Below are positions 34,623 through 48,699 of a stretch of 64,000 nucleotides of DNA, piece by piece. The stretch covers positions 59,148,001 to 59,212,000 of the forward strand of contig OZ286474.1 in assembly GCA_965644265.1 (NCBI GenBank). The letters are read 5' to 3'. Numbering within the stretch: the first letter of the stretch is position 1; each line of letters starts with the position of its first letter. Below the pieces are notes generated by a model that made no database searches, had not been told where the DNA came from, and worked only from the letters and a program-made list of their open reading frames with translations. The position numbers and the translations under genes were made by a program. This stretch comes from Glycera tridactyla (Eukaryota).

Positions 34623-37600
34623 TGCGAAAGTGCCACGCCCACTTATACCTCGATCCTCGACCGCGTGTGAGTATTTTCGAATTTTCGCGCCCTTAGCAAC
34701 CTCGGCGGTCACGTGACCGGCCGCTATAGCATCGTTTCATAGCATCACCGCAAAAATCATCTCAGAGACGTTTCTAACTCATTATTTTGGTATAAATCGT
34801 TTTAAAACGTTTATATAACGTTAATTGCTCGCTAGGGTGCAACTAGTAACGTGTATTTATATCGTAAATCGAAAACGAAATGCGAACTATATCGTACCGA
34901 CTTCTCGCGCAAGATCACGTTTTTAGCGAGGTAGTGATTCGGTTAGCTATTTCAACATTGTTTTTGCAACAAACGCTTCAAAATAGTCTTTATACCCCGA
35001 ACTTTTCTCCATTTTGTCTAATTAGATCAGAAAAATCATCGAGGAATGTTTTTATAACGTTTCTACACAGATATTCAATGATTTCTCAGGGAACTCTTTG
35101 AGATCCGCGCAAGCGCACGTATTTAGAACCGGAAGTGAACAGGTAAGCAATGGCGGCCACAACAACGAGAGATGCGAGTTGCGATCCCGTGACAGTTTAC
35201 ATGAAATGAGGTAAGATGACAGGTTTTCAACATCTTTCGTGCAGTTTTCCATGTTAGTTTCAATATTCACTCTCTCATGATGTTCTTATATGATCGTGCC
35301 AACGCTGATTTCGTTTGAAATTCGTAGATACAATTGTTGCTACACTTTGACATCTCTCACTTTATAGACTACCAAACCGGGGGATTTTTCCCCCAGATAC
35401 GGCTTCTAAATCAGTATTCCTATCGTTAATATTGAAAGATGCTACACTTTGCCGTGCCCTATAGAAACAGAATTAATTATTACAAATAAATAACACCAAG
35501 AAATGATTTTTTGGATTGTTTTTATAGGTGCTGTCAACCTCCGAAAAAAGGGGACCGTATTTTTCACTTTCCCCCATCCTCCACCTTCCATCATGCATCA
35601 TGCATCAGGCATCTATCNNNNNNNNNNNNNNNNNNNNNNNNNNNNNNNNNNNNNNNNNNNNNNNNNNNNNNNNNNNNNNNNNNNNNNNNNNNNNNNNNNN
35701 NNNNNNNNNNNNNNNNNNNNNNNNNNNNNNNNNNNNNNNNNNNNNNNNNNNNNNNNNNNNNNNNNNNNNNNNNNNNNNNNNNNNNNNNNNNNNNNNNNNN
35801 NNNNNNNNNNNNNNNNNNNNNNNNNNNNNNNNNNNNNNNNNNNNNNNNNNNNNNNNNNNNNNNNNNNNNGAAGGTAGCAAAACGCCAAATACAACAACAT
35901 CTGAAACAAGGGCAATAGAACAGAAGGAGAAGCAGCAGCAGCGGACACACATCAGTAGCCATCCCGTGACCCATACTGGGGTCATCGAGCTATTTCAAGG
36001 TGCTACTTAGGACTGGTGACTGACCAGCAGTTGTCTACGCACCCCATCATTATCAGCACCCTGGTATCGACCACCTGGCATTCAACTTGTGTGCACATCA
36101 CTTCCGTGTTTCAAAGTCATGCAATGACTCTGATGAGTGCCTCATATCCTCACTGGGTACATCATTATCTGGGACCTCTAACATGATTTTTGTGTATTGA
36201 ACATTGAGTACATCCAAACTGGATTCAGAATTATTCTATTGTACCAATGGCTAGGCAATGAGTAGGGTTCCTATTGAGATAGGTGAAGAAGTTCGATATG
36301 GTCGACCATCCAATACCGGGCACATTCTCATGTTTATTTCAGTCCATGCTTCTTGAACAAGGGGCGCCTCGGTTGAGAGGAGATTGAGTGGAACTCTGCT
36401 TTGCACATTTTGAATGGGTACTTTGGATAGAGGAGTGGCATTGGTGGGAATTGTGGAGTGCTTAGCTTATGCAGTCACTTTTGAGATGTTAGTGGTATAA
36501 TCTTCATAGGGTTTTAAAAGGCTCAAGCATCGTCTTTCACGGAATATCAAGGTGAAGTCTGATAAATCTGTCAAAGATATCGCACAGTAAATCATAGCAT
36601 TAATACTTTCACCACATATCAGGCTACCACTCACATGATATCTTGATTATCAGGATATCATGTATGTATGAACTTTGTGTTGCAATGTCACAGATTGGTT
36701 TTCGAACCTTTTACAGCCTATTCAATGATTAGTAAGGGTTACTGTACTCATACAAGGTCACATATCTGGGCCTCATGTGACATTACGCCTAGTTAAGTTG
36801 CATCCTTATGGAGCCACCTATAAGGGTCCTTTCTCTGAACAGGCTCCTATTGTGTTTCATGTATGTTTGAAACAGGTTCAATCATGGTAGGATGAAAATG
36901 TTATCTTCAAAATCACTCATCGACTAAATTAGCAAATATTGAAAATCGGAATATTTGAGTTGACTTGATCCTGACTTGGGCCACTTGATGCCTTTATTTA
37001 GTGCCAGATCACGACCGTGGCATTTCGCTGGCGTGGCCTGACTCTGTCTGCAGGGATAATATCATGCTGAACGCCCGCCTCCTCCCCTTGCTCATCCACT
37101 TCATCCTCCTGCTCTCCCTACTCTCTGTCTCTGTCTCTCTGTCTCTGTCTCTCTCTTTCCGTCTCTCCATCTCCGTCTCTGTCTCCGCCTCCGCCCCCGC
37201 GTCTGCCTGCCTGCCTGTCTTTCTGTCTTTCTATCTTCTTTCTCCATCCATCCATCCATTCATCCATCCATTCATCCATCAATCTATTTATCCTAACCGT
37301 GATCAACCCTAAAAGAATTTCCAAAGGCCACACAAAAGTTGGAACGCCCATTTATCGAATCACATTGCGACCATCCTATTCTACAGGGAAAAACAAACTC
37401 ATTAAAGAATCAAAACCCGGAGTTAAAATTAGGGGTATCATTGTTGAACCAGTCTATGAGAGCAGGATGCTTTGTCGTGCCCCACGTAGCCCGAGGACAA
37501 GATAATGGGGGGGGGGGGGCAGAAAGTGAAAGAAGCTGATAGTTCATACACACCTCCTACTACATAACGATGACTGGGTGGAAACGGATATATGTTACAA

Positions 37601-39573
37601 GTACCGTACATGACAATGACAATGCTGGTGAAAACAGGACGTCACCTGAGACAGAGAAATACACTGGATTCAGGGAGTACTTATGAACTATCTACTTCAG
37701 GTTTCACAATAAGTAATGATATCCAGCATCCAATGTACAACTCTATCCAGTAGACCAAGTTGCTCTGAATCGGTCTACATTCACAACCGGAAAGTGTCTC
37801 TGATCTCCGCTTGTTAGGAGGACATGCGAAACTGTCGAATTTAATATTGTTCATCTTTCACATGTACAGACTGTGTCATATATGTATAATTCTGTAATTG
37901 TTCGATTCTCCCACTTTTGGAGATACACTTCAGAATAGGATTTAAGAGGCCTTTATGACGCCTTATTGCACAGGAACATTACCGGGGTAGTTTGTCGATC
38001 AGGCGTGTACATTCTAAGGCCAATTGGCAGGAAGATTGACGTAGAGAAGAGAAGGGGTGGTGCCAAAGGCCACAAACATGTGTCATGCTCACTATAGGTG
38101 GTCATCTAGAGAGACCCGAGACTATTTCTCTGCTCATTATTCAGGGATAATGTTGAGGATCTCACCACGTATTATGTTAGTGATTATTTTCAACTTTCAC
38201 AGGATGCGGGGTTACTTTGGATTTCTCTTCATTTTCCGATGCTCCCCCATTGGTCATGGCATGGTGTGATCCCTGTTTTTGTTATGTAAGTGCTGGTAGG
38301 ATTCTACACTCGTCGGATGTACCAGGTATCTGAACAATCTGAATATAAGTCATCGTATTCGAATATCACTTGAATGCGTTCGCTGCATAATAGAATCACC
38401 CCTGTCCTTCGTATGGAGCAGGGGATTGCTCGGCCAGCAGTGCCTCATTTCATCAGCATTTTCAGTTGTCCGGTCTGATATAAGCCAAGAAGATTGAAAG
38501 GATGTTAAATCCAAACAAACAAACAAACAAACAAAAGAGCAAACAAGCATTTCCCACAACTAATCAACACTCATTATGCTCTTTCAGTATGCAGCCGAAG
38601 ACACCCTATGGATATCTTGGATGGGTCGCCATTACAGCGATTTGAATAGACAATATAACCTTTCTACAAAGACCACACACAAAAACACCTCTAAGGGAGT
38701 TTGTTAACTGCTGCCTTCACAGAGAGATTATTTCTTGTAGAACCATGACCAGGGACATCGCTCAGAATGGTCTTTCAAGTGCAGCTGGCTTCTAATATTT
38801 TGAGATTTGAACGTTTCATTCAGACTCTCGGGAGTGAGGTCGAAGACCATATTTTTCCATATGGACCAGTGGTGATGTCTCAAGTTGTTTGAAGTGTACA
38901 TAGGGAATGCAATTGGCTACCAAACTCTGCAGTGGCCCCCGGCATTAGAAAGGGTATTATCACACTCTATGTACCACACGAGTAACGGTAAATAAAGGTG
39001 TCAGATCAGTTCATGCTATCTGGCCATCATCGGAGCAATTATTGTGTAAGATTTCAGATTCCCCATTCAATTCTTCATCAGGTGAAATCGGAAGCGGGAA
39101 ACGCTCGCATTCGGCGCAAGTCAACTGGCGGCCTGTGTCGATTACAACGTGTCACGTGACTTTTGTTGACATTTGAAGACGCCCTCAAGCGGTGGATACT
39201 CGTAATTTGAAATGGACATGTGATCCGTCGCGCGCTCGTACCTGGTTGGAAAGTGACAAGCATGCTGATATTTCATGCAGCATTGTCAATAAAGTGCGCG
39301 AGGTGAACAAAACCAACCGAGTTGAACATTTTTGTCGAATTAACCGCCATACTGTATAGAGATTGACCCCGCTTGAGCTGCTATTTCCAACAATCTACGT
39401 ACAGAATAGGGAATGCATCTCGATTCAGTACTTTCGATGCTATTTTGTTGTCATTTTTTCACGCACTCATTCAACCCAACAACCAAGACAACTGTGAAAA
39501 CCAGCCGATGTGTTTGGATACGACATGACATCTTGACCAACATCTATTGTGAACATGTGATCAGGTTTATGTA

Positions 39574-39703
39574 CAGTCGAATCTACTCCAAAGTCCACCT
39601 CTCTATAAAGGTCAACAGTGAATGACCTCCATATAAAGATCACCCCCTATAAAGGCCACCTTTCGATGTGAGCGAGACCGGTCTTTTTAGAGAGGTTCGA
39701 CTA
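39574..39703. mobile_element. MITE family C copy
   Basis: TA|CAGTCGAATCT ... AGAGGTTCGACTA|TA. Confidence 0.7.
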
Positions 39704-40129
39704 TATTCTGTGCTTGAGTGTCAGCTTCCAGTCAGTTGCATAGTTAGATATGTCATGATTAGGTTCAGTGCGTTCATGTTGGATTGGCAGAGGTATGTCC
39801 GAACTGTCAGCTACTTCCACCTGATAACCTTTCAGGTTCCCATCATCTCGTGTCCAGGGTTTGTGAGAGTGATATCTGCAGGGTGGAGAACATCTAGCTT
39901 CCACTGACCGCGAACAGACGACTCACATAATCCTCTGTTTTGATACATGTCGTTAAACCTCGAGCGAACAACAATCACAGTCGAGTCGGTGCTGAGTATG
40001 CCACCATGTCCTTAATACTTTCTTATAAAGTTGGTAATTTCTTATATACTCTAAAAGGTTCATCATATATACAGTTACAGAGACTGGTCAATTTCAAGTG
40101 CATTTGCACCATGTATGACGACATGGTGA

Positions 40130-40322
40130 CATTGATGATGATGGTGCTGATGAGATGGTTGTGGTTGGGATGAGAATGGTGATGGTAATGATCGTGATGG
40201 TGATGATAGGTGCTGGTACTACTGCTGCTCCGACTCTGGTTCTGGTTCTAGATCTGTTTCTGCTGCTGCTGCTGCAGTTGTTGTTGCTGCTACTGCTATC
40301 GATTCTGGTTCTGGTTCTAGTT

Positions 40323-40379
<57 letters not shown>

Positions 40380-40430
40380 ATGATGATGACCAACAATAAC
40401 GACGAAGATGACGATTACAACAACGACGAC
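40130..40430. repeat. (GAT/GCT/AAC)n microsatellite field
   Basis: Direct inspection. Confidence 0.9.
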
Positions 40431-43400
40431 CACACCGTTGAAACCCGATAAATCATTCAATAAAAAAACAGTACATCACCACCTCTATGATGGGCCATCT
40501 CCAATACCTGAGCGAGACACTAGTAATAGTCTTCGATTATTTCAATAATTTCTCCCTAATTGAATGTTCGCACCCGACGGAAACAAAGGCAATTCATCCA
40601 TGACACATCGCACGTGACCGTCATGTGACTCAGCTGACCTCTTCACTGACCTTGAAATTGACCTTGTGGACGATGATCGGTGTGACCCTCCTCTTTGAAG
40701 GTCATATTAGTGATGGTCAATATTGAGATGGGCGTTGTAGGTTCGCCTTCTACTCTAGTCCTGGTCCGACATATTTTCTTCCTGAAGGGAAATTTGAAAA
40801 AAATAAGCAGAAGATTTTTTTTAAAAATAGATTTGTTTGTCCTATACATGTCTGGACTAGGTTTTAGAACCGAACATAACTCCAGTTTCGGATAACCTTG
40901 CCTGGGTTTGGTTAACCTCTACTCAGTAGATCAATCAATCGATCAATCAATCACCCCCATCTCGACGAAAGAATGTATAATGTATAGGTAATTCAATTAG
41001 TGCTTCACTGATAACCATGAGACCGGCGCTGACAACAGTAAATGTGCAAATTTTATAAATGACTCAATTCGAGACAAACGTTTTGAAATAGGTGTCTCCT
41101 CCTCCACCAAGTATTGAATATGTAGTCAAAGATGCTCGAGAGATCTCCTCTATACAAAAGCCACCACCCTACAAAGTTCACTCTGAACTGAGACCATGAT
41201 AGGATTTTCATTTTCGACAGTAAACAATCCCTTCGCAAATGCCAGCTCTCTACAAATGCTACTCTTATGCGCCCACGGTGATCTTTGTGGAGAGACATAA
41301 CTATATCAATCAGGAGGAAGAGGGTGGGAGATGTAGGGGAACAGCCGATGNNNNNNNNNNNNNNNNNNNNNNNNNNNNNNNNNNNNNNNNNNNNNNNNNN
41401 NNNNNNNNNNNNNNNNNNNNNNNNNNNNNNNNNNNNNNNNNNNNNNNNNNNNNNNNNNNNNNNNNNNNNNNNNNNNNNNNNNNNNNNNNNNNNNNNNNNN
41501 NNNNNNNNNNNNNNNNNNNNNNNNNNNNNNNNNNNNNNNNNNNNCCAATAGACGGGCAGAAAAATTGACAGGCAAACAGACAAATGGACAGATAGACAGA
41601 CAGTGGGACATATATATCATTCATGATTAGCTGGTATAGCGTTATATTCAACAACCATGAATATCCTGACAGCGGAGGCTGGCTAATTATATAATTGGAC
41701 GTAGACATATTGTTGTCATTACGGAAGCCTAGCCGCATATTAACCACAATAATTACATGCTCACGTGGCCACAATTAAGTGCTACATGCATATAACAGGC
41801 TATATACCGTTAAGTTCGAAACTGACATGACATGACATTTCTTCACCAATCGCCGGAAATAAGTGGTACTTCCGGTTGAAACTCTCCGACTGGGTCTGAT
41901 GACATCTCCAACAAATGGAAATATGATGTAGTTCAGTGGTATATTTGACTTGAGATGGCCAAAGTTGACGATTTTACCATTTCTACTGCGAACGCGACAA
42001 CCGAAACCCTATAAGTTCACCTACGATTCATGAGTATCATTGTCTGCAAATTTGTAATATAAGTTTGATGAGATTTAGACAAATACTCTACTATGGCATG
42101 CAGAATTTCGTGGATTAGGTCCACCGATAGCCGGACGTTTTCCAGAAGACAATCATAGCATTGAAAATCTGATTAATTTAGAAATTGTGGAAATAGCTCG
42201 AAAACATACTTGTTACTTCTGGATTTGACATACTTCCGCGGCCGTCATTTTATGCGTCATTATTCATGCATGAACTGCAGCATGTTGGAACAAAACCAGG
42301 TAGAATAATGCTGCCATGGTTATAATGATATAATGGTGTGGTTAAAAAGGCAGGGCACGGTGAAATGATTAGACATGCATGTCCCCCTTCCCGACCTGTT
42401 GAAATTGTCCGGGTATTTTTCCTTGGTTTATTTTATTGTTTAGCGCTGGAAACTTCAAGCCAACCTATACCCAGTGACGCACTCCTGGGAGATACGTCGC
42501 TTTATACTGGAGAATTGTAGTAAAATGTGATTAAATGGGAAATTCAAAAGTGATTGCTCCAGGCAAGTGGTTGCTCAATACAGATTCAACTGTACGTCGA
42601 TTCCACCCGGGACAAGCGGTTATGGATGTAATTGTCGTGTCAGAGATGAAATATGGTTTCGATCTAATTCGTTGCTGATTTCAACACCTGTTGACATTAT
42701 ATATTTGTTGTTTCTTGGGTGCATGGATTATCTTTTATCGCAGTATAGTGTATCATTCCATCTTGAAAAAATGGCTATTCGTGCTGCGCTCACTGGATAT
42801 AGCATGTACTACCCAAACACTCATACAATTGATGATAATATATATAATGATATCTTGGGAATGTGAAATCAAATGGCCATGAGTTATTCGGATTAATTAT
42901 TGGGTGATGAATAGATGGATTGACTAATTGATTGGACACAAATCTCCCCGAAACATTATATATGCTGTATGTTCCTGATTCGAGAGAATAAATCCCCTGT
43001 CCCCTGGCAGTCATCATTCACAAGTCCTGAACATAAGATGACGAGGAATCCGAAAAGTTGTCAAGTGGAAGTAGCTGTTTGCTTGGAAACACATACATCC
43101 ACTTAGAGATTAGAGAATAGAAATAGGATAGTTGAAGTCGTACAGAAAATACTATTTGCCGGATCAGTTCAGGAGATTGCATGGATGGTTCTTTCAAAGC
43201 TCTTTTGCAAGAGGGAATCGTCAGCGAGAAAGCTTCCGGTGGTAGAGGTGATTTCCGAGGTTTGATGCTGGCCAGGAAACATGCCATGTCAACCTATTCA
43301 TACCGGTAACCTGCTCTTGTCACGAATCGAGATCGGGTCACGTGACGTTTGTCGCCATGGACAATGTCTATTTGCTCATTTCGCATGTCCCATGCAAGCG

Positions 43401-44134
43401 ACATGCATCGGCAAAATCATCCCCCCACCCCTACACTTGCCACTAACGAGCATCTGTGAGGGCCTAGCAATTCGGTCCAGCAACGGATATTCAGAAATGT
43501 CACAAATGTTTCCTCAAATCCTATGATTCTCGAGGTAACACATACACATTTAGAGTGAGCCAGCACTAGTGAAGCAAACTCAAACACTATATCATGACCG
43601 TAATGCTGACTGCTAATATTATGTATGCAATATGTTTCTGATCTACGGAGGCCACCGATGCAACAATCACACAGAACCTGCAATGATGATATGAAAATAG
43701 AAAGGTTGTCAAATGAGAGCAGCTGTCAGTTCAGACACACCTCTAGCGATTAAAAGAAACACACAAAAGTCTCGATTGGTTATATTTTAAAGTCATGCAC
43801 TAATCCAAGCTAGTCTGTGAGCAATGTGTTTCATGATCTATCAAAGCTGGATGTTCTGTCCCCCTGCAGGCATCACTCAACCAAACCCTGAGCATGGCGT
43901 TCATTTCAGATTCCGATGCTGCAGATTTTCAGACTGTTACATAGTCCGATATGCTATTGATGGGTTTGTCAATCATTGGGTGTGTCTGAATGTCGGCGAC
44001 TTCCACTTGAAAGTCTTTTTCATTCCCCACCATTACGTTGCCAGGATATGTGTTAGGGATGACAGCAGGGGTGAGAACATCCAGCATTCATGGATCAATC
44101 GATCGATCAATCAATCGATCAATCAATTAATCAA

Positions 44135-45025
44135 AACAGTGAATTATTTAGGATGAGACTCAATCATTCAGTGGGACTTTTTCGGAAAATCGGTGGAAAC
44201 AATGAATATTTAGCCAATTTCATAATATTTAACTACATGACTTGCTTGCCTCTACTCGAAGCCATGCTAATTTGGTTGTGTTCTGTTGCTCGTCTTACAA
44301 ATTTAAATATTTTTGTCATGCATTAGGAGTTCAAGGATATCTGATCAAGAATTATTTCCTATGGACTAACCTTGTGCCGTGGCACAACCTTAGTTACCAG
44401 GTCCGCTATCTTTTGGTCGTAAATCTTGAACAAGCAACTGGAAGGACATATTCTATTAGGTACAACCTTTGTTAACTTTCTGTCAATCATGTGTACACCC
44501 AAGACAGGTTTTTGGCAAACAATTCTTTTTCCATGACACAATATTAGCCTGTATGCTGTCAATAGCTTGTAAGGTTGGGACAAGTGCTTGGCAGACTAAC
44601 CTTGTGCCATGGCACGACCTTAGGTACTATCTCTTCAATTGCTCGTAAACCCAGGACAAGCATTAGAAAGACTTTTATTCCTTGATTTAATGGTTTCAAA
44701 CATTCTCTTCATTGTTTGTAGACCCTAAACATGCTCCCGAGAGACGAATCTTGAATAATATGCTGCTGATTATCTTTAAAATGTGGATGAGACTAACCTT
44801 GTGCCATGGCACAACCTTAATCTATATATTGACTACAATTTGTAGAATCTGGACACAATTTGGATAGACAAAGCTTGTGCCATCGCAGTAATCAGATGTG
44901 GATAATTTGGAAACCCTTGATAGGCTTTTGAATGGGTAACCTTGCAGAAGGTTTTTCAGATTTTGCTGGAATCCAGAAAAAAGTCTCATCCAATGATTCA
45001 GTCTCATCCTAGATAATTCGCTGTT
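44135..45025. mobile_element. Non-autonomous TIR element family A, full-length copy (~890 bp)
   Basis: ~50-bp imperfect TIRs (AACAGTGAATTATTTAGGATGAGACT.. and the reverse complement of ..AGTCTCATCCTAGATAATTCGCTGTT). Three internal GACTAACCTTGTGCCATGGCACAACCTTA units. Inserted in (AATC)n. No ORF; TSD not resolved. Confidence 0.8.
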
Positions 45026-45035
45026 TCGATCAATT

Positions 45036-45082
<47 letters not shown>

Positions 45083-46703
45083 TAATTGATCGATCAGTTC
45101 TGCCCGCGGTTTCATGGCCCTCATAAGTCTGGAACACAAGATACACATAAGTCGATGGTTCTATACATGCCATCGATGCCAAACCAACCAACTAACCGAC
45201 GATCGACCTGATGCGATAAGCGTTTTCAGTGACAATCAGTATAGACACTCTGAGAACCACGTCTATAACCGAGTAATTTGAAGGTGCCGCTTTCGTTCCA
45301 CTTGTCTAGCTAAAGCCTCAATTTCGCGGTCCTTTGCATCGTTACTAAGAGAGAGAAATTATCGAAGATTCGAAAACATTTCACGTTTATTGTCATCAAT
45401 TTGGAATTAGATGAAATCACACAGAAACTATAGTTGCTCCACTGCCGGAGTCCCAATCTCTACCGAAATCCTCACATTGTGTTTACAAGCCTCAAAGAGT
45501 CAATAGCAATGTACCTGATTTGGAGATAAGTTTGAACAGTTTGAGAGGCAGCAAAGGACAGTGAATAGTTTGAACATACATCTTGTGGATATATTGCCTG
45601 TTCTCGTGTTTCCAAATATGTGCAGGATGTGACCATTTCCAGCAATACAGGTCTGGAGTCTAATCAATATCATTCCAATATTCAAATCATCACCGCATAT
45701 TAGAAGATGTGGGGAAGGTGATATAGGGCGTAGTCCAGCAAATTGAGGTTGATAAAATCCGGATTCCACCGTGTGCCTTAATCACTGAGTATAATACTAT
45801 CAGGTGTGGCAGTTATCTCATATACTGGGTGTGATATGTGAGATGGGGATGATCAATTGCAATGTATATTTTCCATAAAATGATGTGTTAAAAGAGCACA
45901 TTCACATCCCTTCTGCGTCCGTGCATGTGCACTTGAGCTACCCTCCTCTACCCTCCTCTTTGCTCCATTCTCTCCTTCTCTTTTGCACCTGCTTTCTCTA
46001 CTACAGATCCTCCTCACTCTCCACAACCCCCCTCTCGCTGCCTGTCCGATTCCGCCTGTCTCTCTTACTTCCCCTCTCACCAACTCTTCACTTTTCCTCT
46101 CCCCTACTGTCTCTCTCAGCCAGCATACCTGTGATAGAACCATATAATGAGGATTCGAATATTTGACATCTCAGCTAGTTCAATATGTATATGATACCAC
46201 ATCCATTTTGCTCCGCATGATGACAAGCTGTATACCTTCATATTAATCATGGTCCACTGAGTCAGAATGAATGACCGGGGAAGCCAGGACTCAAAGAGCA
46301 ATCAGCACCCATGACCTTCGACATTTAGAATGGGTACAGACATATTTTGAATTGCATCCCAGTGCCCAGAAAAATGACATCCCTGAAGGTCAGTCGATTG
46401 TCACATATAGACCATTTCACTAGTGTACGTTTCACTATCGGAGTTAGAGACACTGCTCTCTGATGCTGCAGTGTTCTCAATGAGAGAACAGTACACATTT
46501 TTGCCGTGGATACACCTAGACTCCAATGAACTAGACTTCTGGATGCATGCCATTCCACTCGCATGTTGGCTTCACATACTATTGTGGTGACAATGTATAG
46601 TGACAAGTCTTTTCAAATCAATATTGTATCTTGATTTTGTGGCTGAATTAGGAACAATCGGATATGGAAAATTCAGTGCATAGATGAACCTGGCATAAAT
46701 GTA

Positions 46704-46880
46704 CAGTCGGACCTGCTCTAAAGACCACCTCTCTATAAAGACCACCTCTCTATGAAGACCACCTGGGCTGCGACCGTGGTAGTATTTTCAACAGTAAATG
46801 ACCTCTCTATAAAGACCACCTGCACACAAAGACCGCTTTTTGGTGCGACCGAAGGCGGTCTTTATAGACAGGTTCGACTG
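46704..46880. mobile_element. MITE family C, best-preserved copy (177 bp)
   Basis: TA|CAGTCGGACCTG ... CAGGTTCGACTG|TA; TA TSD and CAGT ends typical of Tc1/pogo derivatives. Confidence 0.85.
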
Positions 46881-48699
46881 TATATTGAATGCTGATAATT
46901 AGGATATTTCCCTGATCGTCCTCCTTCCACTATCACTGCAAGTCTTCTGAATTGAGAATTGGCAAATCAAACTACAAAATGAAATGTTCCTGTAGTGTGT
47001 GCGTGATTCACTGTGTTCCCGTGTACGGAGGTATCTTGCTCGTCTGTGGCCTGGTTATTATTATTATCGTTAAGTATCAGTGGCTGTATCATTGACCATG
47101 CAAATAGTAGAGTCAAGACAGAGAGACAGACCTAGTGAGAAAGTGAGAGAGAACCTCAAAGAATGGAGTAGATACGATAGGGTGTTGTGAAAGGAAGAGT
47201 ATGGTTGAGTGAGACAAGAGGGATGTTTGCTTGAGATTTGACAACATGTATCAACCCTAGGATTATGTATGCCATGTGTTCCTGGTTGATGAAAGCTACA
47301 TGTTCTTTCCCTTGCGGATATCTCTCTCACAAATCCTGAACACAAGATAACGGGGAACCTGAAAGGTTGTCAAATGGAATTAGCTGACAGTTCAGACACA
47401 CCTCTACCTACTCAACATGAACAAACTGAATCTGATGATGGCATATCTAGAGTGAGTGAATGAGTTAGTGGGTGAGATGGAGAAGGTTGAGACAAAGGCA
47501 GGGCAGAGAGAGCTGATAGCGGGCTTCTATATAGGGTGAGATGGCTTTTCTACTGTCCATCCTATCTGCTGGAGCTACAGCGACTTTGAAGATCAGAAAA
47601 CTGTGCATACCAAACCCGGGACATTTAAACTGATTTCCGGTGAAATATAATGCACGGCAGAATAGCCTACCATGAAAATCAGAGGAATACTGTCATCCCG
47701 TTGTTACCTGGCTGTGTGCTTTCAGAATAGATATCCATTCGGAGAATACCATACATATCCTCATTATTTATCTTCATGTGGAGAATATATCTACAGTCTT
47801 ATATGACCCAGCCCTGGTCGAAGAGAAGTTGAACATTCATCAATCAATCAATCAATCAATCAATCATTTGATCAATCATTCAATCGATCAATCAATTTAT
47901 CGATCGACCATGTTTTCAGCCAAAATCTTAGTCACGTTTTACCTTATACGTAATCGAAATTCTTTATTTTGCCATGTAATGGATGACGGAGAACTACTGA
48001 TTCTTGAGCTTACCAGAAGATGTCACGTATTATAATGTATCTCCCTGTGGCCGATTGGAAATGTCTAAAGTGAACACTATATGTCATCAGTTCGCATGAT
48101 AAGTCACCCCAACACCGCTATTATCTACCGACACCACCATCGCATGACACCTTAACCTCTCCCCCTATTAACACCAGAACCTTCAAAATACGGACTATTA
48201 CATAGACCTTCCTTAATATGCAGTGAAATAACATCCTTCATGTGGACAATTCACAACCTTTACCAGGGATGACTTGAGATGGGGATTGAATAGGAATTTT
48301 TCACCTCAAACTTTGATAAGAGAGAGTATACGATATAGGTGGGTATTTCTATGAGTTGTGAGATTCAAGTGGTCAGGCAGTGTTCATTTCTATGTTGGAT
48401 GTCGAATTCTGCGCATTCAGCCTGCAATGTGTTGCATGCTACTGTAATAATTGTATACGTCCGTTATATATTGATGCATGATGGTTGACAGGATAACGGG
48501 ACATTCATAATTGATGGAGACGATCGTAGATGCTGCCAGCAGTCAGGAGCCAGTCTGAATGTCAACATATTGGGACACAGCCAATGGAAGCACAACAAAT
48601 TTGAACCCCGAAAATGACACTATTTGACGATAGTGACGTAAACGTTGACGGGACGACGGTGTCTAAGACGATTGCATCGTAAACAATGATTAATAGTAA

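Larger units (their letters stand above)
30264..35574 (-). mobile_element. Merlin (IS1016/IS1595-like) DNA transposon, 5311 bp, with a cargo gene
   Basis: 26-bp perfect TIRs GGGGAAAGTGAAAAATACGGTCCCCT (30264-30289 and 35549-35574). 8-bp TSD CATCCTCC (30256-30263 and 35575-35582). Additional subterminal inverted blocks. Encodes a Merlin transposase. Contains N-gaps at 32520-32785 and 32847-33180. Confidence 0.93.
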
